Below are positions 47,452 through 54,797 of a stretch of DNA of 54,797 bases, one piece after another. The position numbers and the translations under genes were made by a program. Numbering within the stretch: the first letter of the stretch is position 1; each line of letters starts with the position of its first letter. The notes beneath the pieces were generated by a model. The model ran no database searches. It was not told where the DNA came from and saw nothing but the letters and a program-made list of their open reading frames with translations. The stretch is from the NCBI GenBank assembly GCA_041600755.1, contig JBFIJL010000001.1:1-54797 (forward strand), written 5' to 3'. The stretch is from Candidatus Saccharimonadales bacterium. Lineage in GTDB: Bacteria; Patescibacteriota; Saccharimonadia; Saccharimonadales; JAXHNE01.

Positions 47452-48591
47452 TTATAACAATGAAGCGAGTAGCTTGGTTGCGTATTCAAGCGATCTTAAG
47501 GTCGTGTTCTGTCCAATAGTGAACCGCAAGCTACCGCGCGCATGATCTTCGCTCATGCCCATAGCCCGAAGCACATGAGAGGGCTCATCGCTACTAGCGC
47601 TGCAAGCTGAACCCACGGCGCACTGCACACCTAGCTCATCCAAGGCAATCATAATACGCTCATTGTCAGTTCCTGGAATCGTTATGTGCACATTATTAGC
47701 TACTCTAAATTTTCGATGACCATTAATGATCACCTGCGGAATATGAGACTCAAGCAGCTCAATAAACTGCTCCCTTAATGCTTCAGTCTTTTTGGCGGCA
47801 GCTGTGCGCTCAGCCTGAGCTAGCTCAAGCGCCCTGGCCAGGCCTATCGCCTGAGCAACGTTTTCTGTGCCACTACGCAACCCGCGTTCTTGTCCGCCAC
47901 CTCTAATGAGTGGCTGCAAAGCGATCCCCGCTTTTACGAACAACGCTCCAGACTGCTTCGGACCGTAAAGCTTGCCACCATTTATCGTCATCAAATCAAC
48001 CCCAACTTGATGCGCTAAAAGTGGCAAATAATTCCCAGCCTGACAGGCATCGGTATGCAACAGTAGCGGTAAGGCATTTCCAGACTGCTTTCGTCTTAGT
48101 CTCAGCTCGTGAATCATTGCACTAATCTCTTTAAGCGGCTGGATTGTACCGACCTCGTTGTTGACGTATCCAATACTTACAAGCACTACATCTTCGCTCA
48201 CCAAAGACTCTAGTTTGCTCACATCAATCATGCCCTTATCATCAACCGGAATCAGCTCATTAGAAAACGTGCTTGCCGGTGCTAGAACGGAGTCATGCTC
48301 TATTGAGCTAACTAACACTTTTGCATCTGGAAATTGCGACATAATTCCATTAATTGCAAGATTATTAGCTTCAGTTCCTCCGGCAGTAAATACAAGCTCA
48401 GTGGAGCGCACGCCCATAACCTTTGCAACCTTGGCCCGTGCAGACTCAAGTTCAACCCTAACAGCTTGAGCTGCAGCGTAGCCGGCAGATGGATTATAAA
48501 AATTTTCATTAAAGAGTGGCAGCATAGCCTCAAGAACCTCTTTTCTAAGAGGGGTAGCTGCAGCGTAATCAAGATAAACAGTTTGCTTCAT
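47452..48591 (-). CDS. iscS: Cysteine desulfurase (IscS/NifS family)
   Basis: YLDYAAATP, FTAGGTEANN, HTDACQA, GGKLYGPK, RSGTEN, VGSACSA. Confidence 0.95.
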   Translation of the reverse strand: MKQTVYLDYAAATPLRKEVLEAMLPLFNENFYNPSAGYAAAQAVRVELESARAKVAKVMGVRSTELVFTAGGTEANNLAINGIMSQFPDAKVLVSSIEHDSVLAPASTFSNELIPVDDKGMIDVSKLESLVSEDVVLVSIGYVNNEVGTIQPLKEISAMIHELRLRRKQSGNALPLLLHTDACQAGNYLPLLAHQVGVDLMTINGGKLYGPKQSGALFVKAGIALQPLIRGGGQERGLRSGTENVAQAIGLARALELAQAERTAAAKKTEALREQFIELLESHIPQVIINGHRKFRVANNVHITIPGTDNERIMIALDELGVQCAVGSACSASSDEPSHVLRAMGMSEDHARGSLRFTIGQNTTLRSLEYATKLLASLL

Positions 48592-48625
48592 AATGTCTCT
48601 TGCACACCCAGCATAACAAACATAG

Positions 48626-48988
48626 CTATGCCCGGTACATGTGCTTCATCACGCGCTCACGGTACAGAGTTGCGGCTTCGTGCAGGCGACGCGCTTCGGC
48701 CTCTTCTACTTTCTGGTACTGCCCATTTTGCGATTTCAAAATTTGGTTAGGGCGCACGTCATATCTAGTTGTTTTAATCTGTCTCTGCCCGAGCTCGTCT
48801 GTCCACTCTTCGTGCCACACCCAAGTATGGGCATCCAGGCAAAAAAATTCTCGTCGATGTCCTGGAGGCACAGGACCAAACAACTCACCACCAATTTGAG
48901 CTTCACGACGCAAAAACTTCCGCAATAATTCCGCATCGCGTTGATCTTTGCGTGTTTGAGTCACCCCCCTTACAAGCTTTTGAATCAT
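48626..48988 (-). CDS. Hypothetical protein
   Basis: 120-aa ORF in the operon, with a distinctive GGELFGP.P.GHRREFFCLD..TW.WHEEW motif. Confidence 0.7.
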   Translation of the reverse strand: MIQKLVRGVTQTRKDQRDAELLRKFLRREAQIGGELFGPVPPGHRREFFCLDAHTWVWHEEWTDELGQRQIKTTRYDVRPNQILKSQNGQYQKVEEAEARRLHEAATLYRERVMKHMYRA

Positions 48989-49000
48989 TGTGTTATCTGC

Positions 49001-49378
49001 TTATGCAGCCTCATCAAATAATGTATCGGGCCCATCTAGTAATTGATTATTCTGAAAGAAAATGTCAACAGGGTCAGTGGCTATGGGGCTACTTGGACTT
49101 TCAAGTGCTTCTTTTACTCGATCCCTAGCAAGCTCAAGGGAGTCAACGTTCGATTGAGCATCAGCCAAACTTACAACTCCTTCGCCAACAGTCGCTAGTT
49201 GTTCGGTCTCGTTGGTTGTAGTCTGCGTATTTGACCCAAACTGGATCTCCACGCTGCTGCCTAGAATGTCGGGTCCTTTTTCTACATCATGAATATGCTC
49301 AATCGCAACGCGTGGCAATGCCTCTAAAGCCTTGCTAAATCCTGATAGCGTTTCACCAAATGATTCGAACAAACTCAT
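49001..49378 (-). CDS. Hypothetical acidic protein
   Basis: ATGA overlap with tatD. Confidence 0.55.
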   Translation of the reverse strand: MSLFESFGETLSGFSKALEALPRVAIEHIHDVEKGPDILGSSVEIQFGSNTQTTTNETEQLATVGEGVVSLADAQSNVDSLELARDRVKEALESPSSPIATDPVDIFFQNNQLLDGPDTLFDEAA

Positions 49379-50190
49379 GATAGCCTAAACAACTCCTTTG
49401 CATTATGTGTCGTAGTCCTGGCAAGTTCTTCGAGTGATTCGCCTCGTAGCACACTCAAAAACCGTGCTGTGTCCACCACATGTTTCGGCTTGCAGATTGT
49501 ACCACGATAAGGCTTCGGAGTCAAGAAGGGAGCATCGGTTTCAAGCAGCAACTTATCAAGAGGAATGCTGCGTGACATATCTAGCTGATTTTGGTCGCGC
49601 GTAAAGGTTATGATGCCATTTTGTCCAATATAGAGGCCACGTTCAACTGCACGCTCCATAGTGGCCATAGAATCGGTAAAGCTATGCAAAACCCCTGAAA
49701 TTGTAGGGAAATTGGCCAAAATTGGCCAAAAATCAGCAAACGCCTCGCGAACATGGAAAATTACTGGCAGATTATTATCAACAGCTACCTGTAGTTGAAA
49801 TTCCAAAAGTTTAACTTGTATAGATTTCGGGGAGTGTTCGTAAAAATAATCGAGCCCGCATTCACCGACTGCTTTGACGCCTGGGATTGATGCTAGCGCC
49901 CTAAAATCATCTTGAGCCTTCGACTCCTGATGCAACTTGGCTTCATGAGGGTGAATCCCAATAGATGCAAACACATTTTCATGCTGCTCGGTCAGCTCAA
50001 TTGCCCGCTTACTATCGGCAAGCGAGCACCCAACCGTCATCATTGCCGAAACACCGGCTTTTTTTGATTCATCGATAACTTCGGAGACTTCGGTAATGCC
50101 GGCTTTAAACCATTTTGCCTGGGCGACGTCATCCGGATCGCCATCCGAAACTATTTCCTGAATATGGCAGTGAGTATCAATAAATTTCAT
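49375..50190 (-). CDS. tatD: TatD family DNase
   Basis: DTHCH, GIHPH, GECGLDY, HVRE, HSFT, LETDAP. Confidence 0.95.
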   Translation of the reverse strand: MKFIDTHCHIQEIVSDGDPDDVAQAKWFKAGITEVSEVIDESKKAGVSAMMTVGCSLADSKRAIELTEQHENVFASIGIHPHEAKLHQESKAQDDFRALASIPGVKAVGECGLDYFYEHSPKSIQVKLLEFQLQVAVDNNLPVIFHVREAFADFWPILANFPTISGVLHSFTDSMATMERAVERGLYIGQNGIITFTRDQNQLDMSRSIPLDKLLLETDAPFLTPKPYRGTICKPKHVVDTARFLSVLRGESLEELARTTTHNAKELFRLS

Positions 50191-50269
50191 ATCGCCTCAA
50201 GTGTAGCGTATTGCCCGAAAATAATCTTCTGTTTCTAAGATGGGCGGCAAAATATACCACATACGCTAT

Positions 50270-51724
50270 TTATGCAGTCTCGATTGGGTCTTTTCTAGGG
50301 AAAAGCGTATCGTTCATCTGTCGAACAACTCCTTCACCAAATATCTGCTGAATCTTGCTAGCTGTCTCTGGCATGAAAGGTTGCAGTAAATCACCAATCT
50401 GCAATATCGCACTAACCTGATACGCAAGCACTTCACGTAAATGATCACTATCTCCTGCCTTGGCCATCTGCCATGGCTTTTCATCCTCTATATATTTATT
50501 AAGACTGCGCACTTGGTGCCAAATTTCTTCAAGTGCCTTATCGAATCGACAATCCTCCATAGCTTGCTTAAATTCAGCTATGTCATGAGCCGCATCAGGA
50601 ACAACACCAATAATTCCTTGCTGGTACTTGTTTATCATTACTGCAGTTCGCTGCACCACGTTGCCAAGTTCATTAGCGAGCTCAGAGTTGTATATATCGT
50701 GAAGCTTTTGCCAGCTAAAATCTCCATCGCCATAACTTGGAATATGCCGCAAGAAGTAGTATCGATACACGTCACTAGAATAGTTCTTGAGGATGTCTGC
50801 CGGAGCAACAACGTTTCCAAGAGACTTGCTCATTTTTTGGCCACCCTCACCGCTAATAAAGCCATGCACATACAGAGTTTTAGGTAGTGGCAGGCCAAGA
50901 GACAGCAATATGCCCGGCCAAATCGCGGCGTGGAAGCGCAAAATATCCTTGCCGATCACTTGTACATTTGCCGGCCAATACTTCTTAAAATCATCATGCT
51001 CTGGATAGCCAAGCACTGTAATGTAGTTCATCAATGCCTCAAACCACACATACATAACTTGGTCGCTGTCACCCGGAACAGGTACTCCCCAGCCAATTTT
51101 AGCCTTCGGACGACTAATACTGATATCCTCAAGCCCCTCCTTGAGCAAAAAAAGTATTTCATGCTTCTTGGTGGCCGGCACAATCCTAAAGCTCCCGTCA
51201 TCTATCGCTTTTAGAATTGCTTCGTTGTAGTTCGAAAGTTTGAAGAAGTAATTTTCTTCTTTGATTTTTTCGTATGGCTTGTTGTGGTTCGGGCAGATGC
51301 CATTATTCGCTTTAGCCACAGCTTCAGTCACAAATTCTTCACATCCGGTACAGTATAATCCTTCATATCCGGATTTATAGATATCCTTTTCTAGTGCCTT
51401 CCAAATAAGCGCTGCTCGCTGCTCATGCCCCTGGTCGGTCGTGCGTATAAACCTATCATTGCTAATATTCAGCTGCTTTGCAACATCCCGAAACTTCTGG
51501 CTCATGCCATCAGCAAATACTTGTGGTTCCTGGCCAAGCTCTTTGGCTTTTTCTTCAATTTTTCCACCATGCTCATCGCTGCCGGTGCTAAAGATAACAG
51601 GCTTACCCTGCTGCCTTGCGTACCTGGCCAGCACGTCAGCCTGTACTAGCTCCATGCCAAATCCAATGTGTGGATCGCCATTTATATACGGTATTGAGGT
51701 TGTTACAAAATAATTCATGTTCAT
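50270..51724 (-). CDS. metG: Methionyl-tRNA synthetase, short monomeric type
   Basis: PYING.PHIG, GSDEHG.K, YVWFEAL.NY, GKDILRFH, KMSKS. Confidence 0.97.
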   Translation of the reverse strand: MNMNYFVTTSIPYINGDPHIGFGMELVQADVLARYARQQGKPVIFSTGSDEHGGKIEEKAKELGQEPQVFADGMSQKFRDVAKQLNISNDRFIRTTDQGHEQRAALIWKALEKDIYKSGYEGLYCTGCEEFVTEAVAKANNGICPNHNKPYEKIKEENYFFKLSNYNEAILKAIDDGSFRIVPATKKHEILFLLKEGLEDISISRPKAKIGWGVPVPGDSDQVMYVWFEALMNYITVLGYPEHDDFKKYWPANVQVIGKDILRFHAAIWPGILLSLGLPLPKTLYVHGFISGEGGQKMSKSLGNVVAPADILKNYSSDVYRYYFLRHIPSYGDGDFSWQKLHDIYNSELANELGNVVQRTAVMINKYQQGIIGVVPDAAHDIAEFKQAMEDCRFDKALEEIWHQVRSLNKYIEDEKPWQMAKAGDSDHLREVLAYQVSAILQIGDLLQPFMPETASKIQQIFGEGVVRQMNDTLFPRKDPIETA

Positions 51725-51763
51725 AGTTCTTTCGTTTACGAGGTGTTTTTAAATAAACGTAGA

Positions 51764-51814
51764 TTACGCCCGCGTGGGCATGATCATGAATTTAGTCGAA
51801 TTTATGTAGTTCAT
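51764..51814 (-). CDS. Putative Met-rich leader peptide MNYINSTKFMIMPTRA upstream of metG
   Basis: Translated by hand; TATAAT box (51828-23) 8 nt before its ATG; stop 39 nt before metG. Confidence 0.5.
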   Translation of the reverse strand: MNYINSTKFMIMPTRA

Positions 51815-51832
51815 GATTATCAATTATATCTG

Positions 51833-52012
51833 TTAAGCAGCTTCATTGCTAGCGATATCAGATGCCAGATGCCACAAACCACAATGTCTGCATTGATAAG
51901 TGCGAAGTTTGGTGCCATGTCGCCACCTTGAAGCTGTCGCTTCGGCAGTTGCCTGCTTCCTCGAATCAAAAGCGAGCTTGTCGATACATGGTGGTTCACT
52001 TGTTTCAGGCAT
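51833..52012 (-). CDS. Small zinc-finger-like protein (about 59 aa)
   Basis: C..K..F.S...A....YQCRHCGLWHL; start MPETS overlaps the trehalase stop. Confidence 0.7.
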   Translation of the reverse strand: MPETSEPPCIDKLAFDSRKQATAEATASRWRHGTKLRTYQCRHCGLWHLASDIASNEAA

Positions 52013-53258
52013 TATCAATAAAATCCTTAGCCAATCGTTCAAAAATTGCATTGGTCCAGCCAAAACCAGTTTGTGTTGGATAGACGCCTTTCACTGGGTG
52101 CTTGGCAGGCTGCACAACATTATACTTTTCGAGGAAATCACCATGAACATTAAACCAATCCAAGTTTGTTTTGAGCCATTTAAACGCTATTCGTGCGGCA
52201 TCCTCGTGGTAGCCATAGCGCTTGAGCCCAATAATCACTATAAAGTGCAACGGAGCCCAACCGTTTGGATACGCCCACTGCGTTGGCATACTCCCTGGCA
52301 TAAACTGATTAAGTGGCTGTACGTCTGTCGTTGCCAGCCCGCCTTTTTGCTCAAAACGACGGAGAGTCTTAACCATCTTCTTGGCCTGATCATGACTCAT
52401 CATTCCTGCCCACATTGGATAAAACCCGGCAAGCGACAATACAGTGCCTTTTTTCTTTTTCACATAATTAAAATCATAAAACCATTGCTTCGTTCGTGAC
52501 CACATAAGCTCCTGCATTGTTGCACTTCGCTTTTCGGCCAAAGATTGCCACCTTGAAGCCTTGGCAGACTTGCCGATATGCGTATAGTAGCGAGCAAAGT
52601 CCATCTCGTATTCATAGAGCAACGCATTTAAGTCGACCGGAAGATAGTCCAGGCATCGTCTATTGAAGCGTTGCGTCATGTCCCAGCCACTCTCTGCCTC
52701 TGCCAAATCATGAAGCCGATTGATGTCATAATAGCGACTCAAATCTTGGTGAACATTTCTGTCGTGCGGTTTAGAAGTTCCCACCCAAACTGCTTTATAC
52801 TCTGCCTCTGCAATTTTCATAGCTCTTGCTAACCACGCGTCGTCCATTGAAAACGCATCGTACACGTCCCATATAAAGCTTGTAAGTAAAGGCGGCTGAC
52901 TGCGGCCCATTAGATACGTGCGCGATGCATTCGGAATAACCCCGTAACGCTCAAACATACCAAGCAGATTTTCGAGCATGCCAACAACCAGTTTTTTATA
53001 TTGCGGCTCCAGTAAGCCCTGAGCAATAAAATACGTGTCCCAGTAATACATTTCATTAAAGTCAAACTCACGACCAGCCTCATGTGCTGGCACAATGTAT
53101 GGATTAGGTAGACCAATTAAACTATCTGTATCTTTTGTATTTTTTCTCTCAAGTTTTTGCCAATAATTCGCAATGTATTCTCGAGCAGCAATGAGCGCCG
53201 TGTCATCAATAAGCGCTTTTTTTCGAAACGGATTCTTTGGCAGTGGCAGTCTTGGCAT
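52005..53258 (-). CDS. Alpha,alpha-trehalase (GH37), no signal peptide
   Basis: EMYYWDTYF, RSQPP, AESGWD, PVDLN, QW.YPNGWAP, FLEKY, GFGWTN. Confidence 0.93.
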   Translation of the reverse strand: MPRLPLPKNPFRKKALIDDTALIAAREYIANYWQKLERKNTKDTDSLIGLPNPYIVPAHEAGREFDFNEMYYWDTYFIAQGLLEPQYKKLVVGMLENLLGMFERYGVIPNASRTYLMGRSQPPLLTSFIWDVYDAFSMDDAWLARAMKIAEAEYKAVWVGTSKPHDRNVHQDLSRYYDINRLHDLAEAESGWDMTQRFNRRCLDYLPVDLNALLYEYEMDFARYYTHIGKSAKASRWQSLAEKRSATMQELMWSRTKQWFYDFNYVKKKKGTVLSLAGFYPMWAGMMSHDQAKKMVKTLRRFEQKGGLATTDVQPLNQFMPGSMPTQWAYPNGWAPLHFIVIIGLKRYGYHEDAARIAFKWLKTNLDWFNVHGDFLEKYNVVQPAKHPVKGVYPTQTGFGWTNAIFERLAKDFIDNA

Positions 53259-53696
53259 TTAAACTTTCTTTTCCTGCACAGCGAGTGATGCTGCAATCAA
53301 TTCTTTGAGTGCCGAAACATCAATATCAGACAATCGTTTTATATAGAGACATGACTTCCCTGTTTTATGAGGCCCAAGTCTGTCCAAATAAACCTGAGGG
53401 TTATATCCACTAGCCTGAGCGTATTCATCAAATCCAGTCATTATGTAAATAGTTAGGTTCTGAGCACGAGGACTAAAGCCAGTTTTCATCCACTTATGCT
53501 CACTTCCATCGGCCCTTTTATACGCAGAATCACCAAACCCGACAATACTTCCTCCCCACATCTTTGCGGGCTCGCCAGTAACCTCTTTAGATAACTCAAG
53601 CAACGAAAACGCGTCTTTTTGCTTTTGCTCGTCTTCAATGGTTGCAAGAAAGTCTTCTACGCTTGCATCATTCTTCTTGGTTTTTAGTTCTGGCAT
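53259..53696 (-). CDS. DUF1801 (YdhG-like) protein
   Basis: MWGGSIVGFG..Y, GFSPRAQNLT.Y, LG.HKTGKSCLYIKRL.D.D. Confidence 0.85.
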   Translation of the reverse strand: MPELKTKKNDASVEDFLATIEDEQKQKDAFSLLELSKEVTGEPAKMWGGSIVGFGDSAYKRADGSEHKWMKTGFSPRAQNLTIYIMTGFDEYAQASGYNPQVYLDRLGPHKTGKSCLYIKRLSDIDVSALKELIAASLAVQEKKV

Positions 53697-53742
53697 GAAT
53701 TCTCGCTTTCTTCTATTAGCATAGCAAAAATGCCAAGATTAT

Positions 53743-54783
53743 CTAAGGTAGACGAGCGAGTGGTTTTTGCCCAATTATCTCGGGGTGTCGATCCAAGAAC
53801 TGTTGAACATAGTAACGAAAAAGTTCAGACTCAGGAAAATCAAAATCGTCTCGAACACCTAAGCGTTCATTGGGAGAATGTGTGGCATTCCATTCATCGA
53901 TTATCCTATCGCGCATTTCTCCATGACCTTGCAGTATTTCACTTAATGGTTTTCTACCCAGCAGCTCTTGTGTGTCAAGCACGGCAATCGAGAGATATCC
54001 AGCTTCAACATACTGATCTGAAGTTATTGACGCTTGTTCATTAGCCTCGATCTCAACACCAGTTGCAATACCATCATAGGGTGGATTGTGATTTAACTTA
54101 GCATTCAAAGGAGCTGTTTGGTAAGTATTTGCAGCCCTCCCGATCATCCAATTAATTCCGCAACATTGTGTATTAATACCTTCTCCCCTCAACGCCATGC
54201 TTTTGACCATATTCAATACATTGAAATTTCCTAACATTTCACTACCAAAGCCTGGCTGATCATTTGCGTAAGCCACTGTTAAATGCAAATTAAATATTTC
54301 ACTTTGTTTTTGCTCTACCAATGAGCTTATTAGATCTTGGTTGAACTCCCTGAACTGACTAGAGTATTCAATTGGTGAACTATCTATTGAATTTAGAAAT
54401 TGGTTGTAGCCTTCGACTGTCAGCTCTTCCATGCCGGTCATCGCAGATTCGATTCGTGGGTCGATTTCTAAACCAAGTTTTTGTGCTGGCGTTAGCTCCA
54501 ATGTAGTGGGTGTAAGTAAGGCCGAAGGTTCTGCCACAAGCTGCGTGTCTATCATCGTACCATCACCAAGAGCAATTGAACCCTCTAGCGCCTGATCGTT
54601 TATGTCATCAATATAGGCCAGGGCTTCTTCGTCGTAGATTACAGATTCTTCGTTACTTAAATTTTTGACACCAGCAATTCCTACACTCGCACTCCAAACT
54701 GCCAACACACCATATGCTGTGCGCCTATAGAAATTATTTTGTCGCAAAAATTCTTCAAATTTTTTGCTTTTTTTTAATCCCAC
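53743..54783 (-). CDS. Hypothetical protein with N-terminal TM (frame open to window edge)
   Basis: 346-aa ORF, hydrophobic segment at about 23-40, acidic extracellular region. Confidence 0.65.
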   Translation of the reverse strand: MGLKKSKKFEEFLRQNNFYRRTAYGVLAVWSASVGIAGVKNLSNEESVIYDEEALAYIDDINDQALEGSIALGDGTMIDTQLVAEPSALLTPTTLELTPAQKLGLEIDPRIESAMTGMEELTVEGYNQFLNSIDSSPIEYSSQFREFNQDLISSLVEQKQSEIFNLHLTVAYANDQPGFGSEMLGNFNVLNMVKSMALRGEGINTQCCGINWMIGRAANTYQTAPLNAKLNHNPPYDGIATGVEIEANEQASITSDQYVEAGYLSIAVLDTQELLGRKPLSEILQGHGEMRDRIIDEWNATHSPNERLGVRDDFDFPESELFRYYVQQFLDRHPEIIGQKPLARLP

Positions 54784-54797
54784 CCGTCCTACCGACG

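Noticed and set aside
51900-52499. 199-aa plus-strand ORF
   Set aside because: Antisense shadow of the trehalase and Zn-finger genes, with no motifs; the same applies to 17795-18307, 28597-29046 and most other short track ORFs.

Overview
This window is a 54.8 kb chromosomal segment that looks like Patescibacteria/CPR, most likely Saccharimonadia (TM7). That assignment is inferred from gene content, truncated AlaRS/MetRS and scarce Shine-Dalgarno sites. Genetic code 11 applies, because TGA acts as a stop in ATGA overlaps. Most genes are on the minus strand and are housekeeping: uvrA, uvrC, sbcB, obgE, rplY, alaS, metG, mnmA, iscS, trhO, secG, mltG and ruvX, plus three tRNAs. Three things stand out. 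(1) An atp-like operon in canonical E-F-H-A-G-D-C order has its own promoter but no subunit a. Its c-position gene encodes a 277-aa protein with a signal/anchor, an extracytoplasmic beta domain and a c-like hairpin (GRNP loop) that lacks the ion-binding Asp/Glu. This suggests an F1-like motor uncoupled from ion flow. It sits beside a fibre-like gene and a WxL/DUF916-like surface-subunit cluster, and the whole 13.3 kb block separates iscS from mnmA. (2) All three tRNA genes are followed by a structured element of about 105-110 bp and then a duplicate of their own 3' end plus terminator sequence. The two Leu copies are 102/105 identical, and the Val copy shows compensatory stem changes. (3) There are regulatory oddities: widespread -10 boxes only 6-10 nt before start codons (leaderless-like), a Met-rich uORF before metG, a uORF plus a hairpin-occluded SD before tandem ABC exporters, and a probable ATT start codon. 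All protein family assignments come from motif recognition by eye; no database searches were run.
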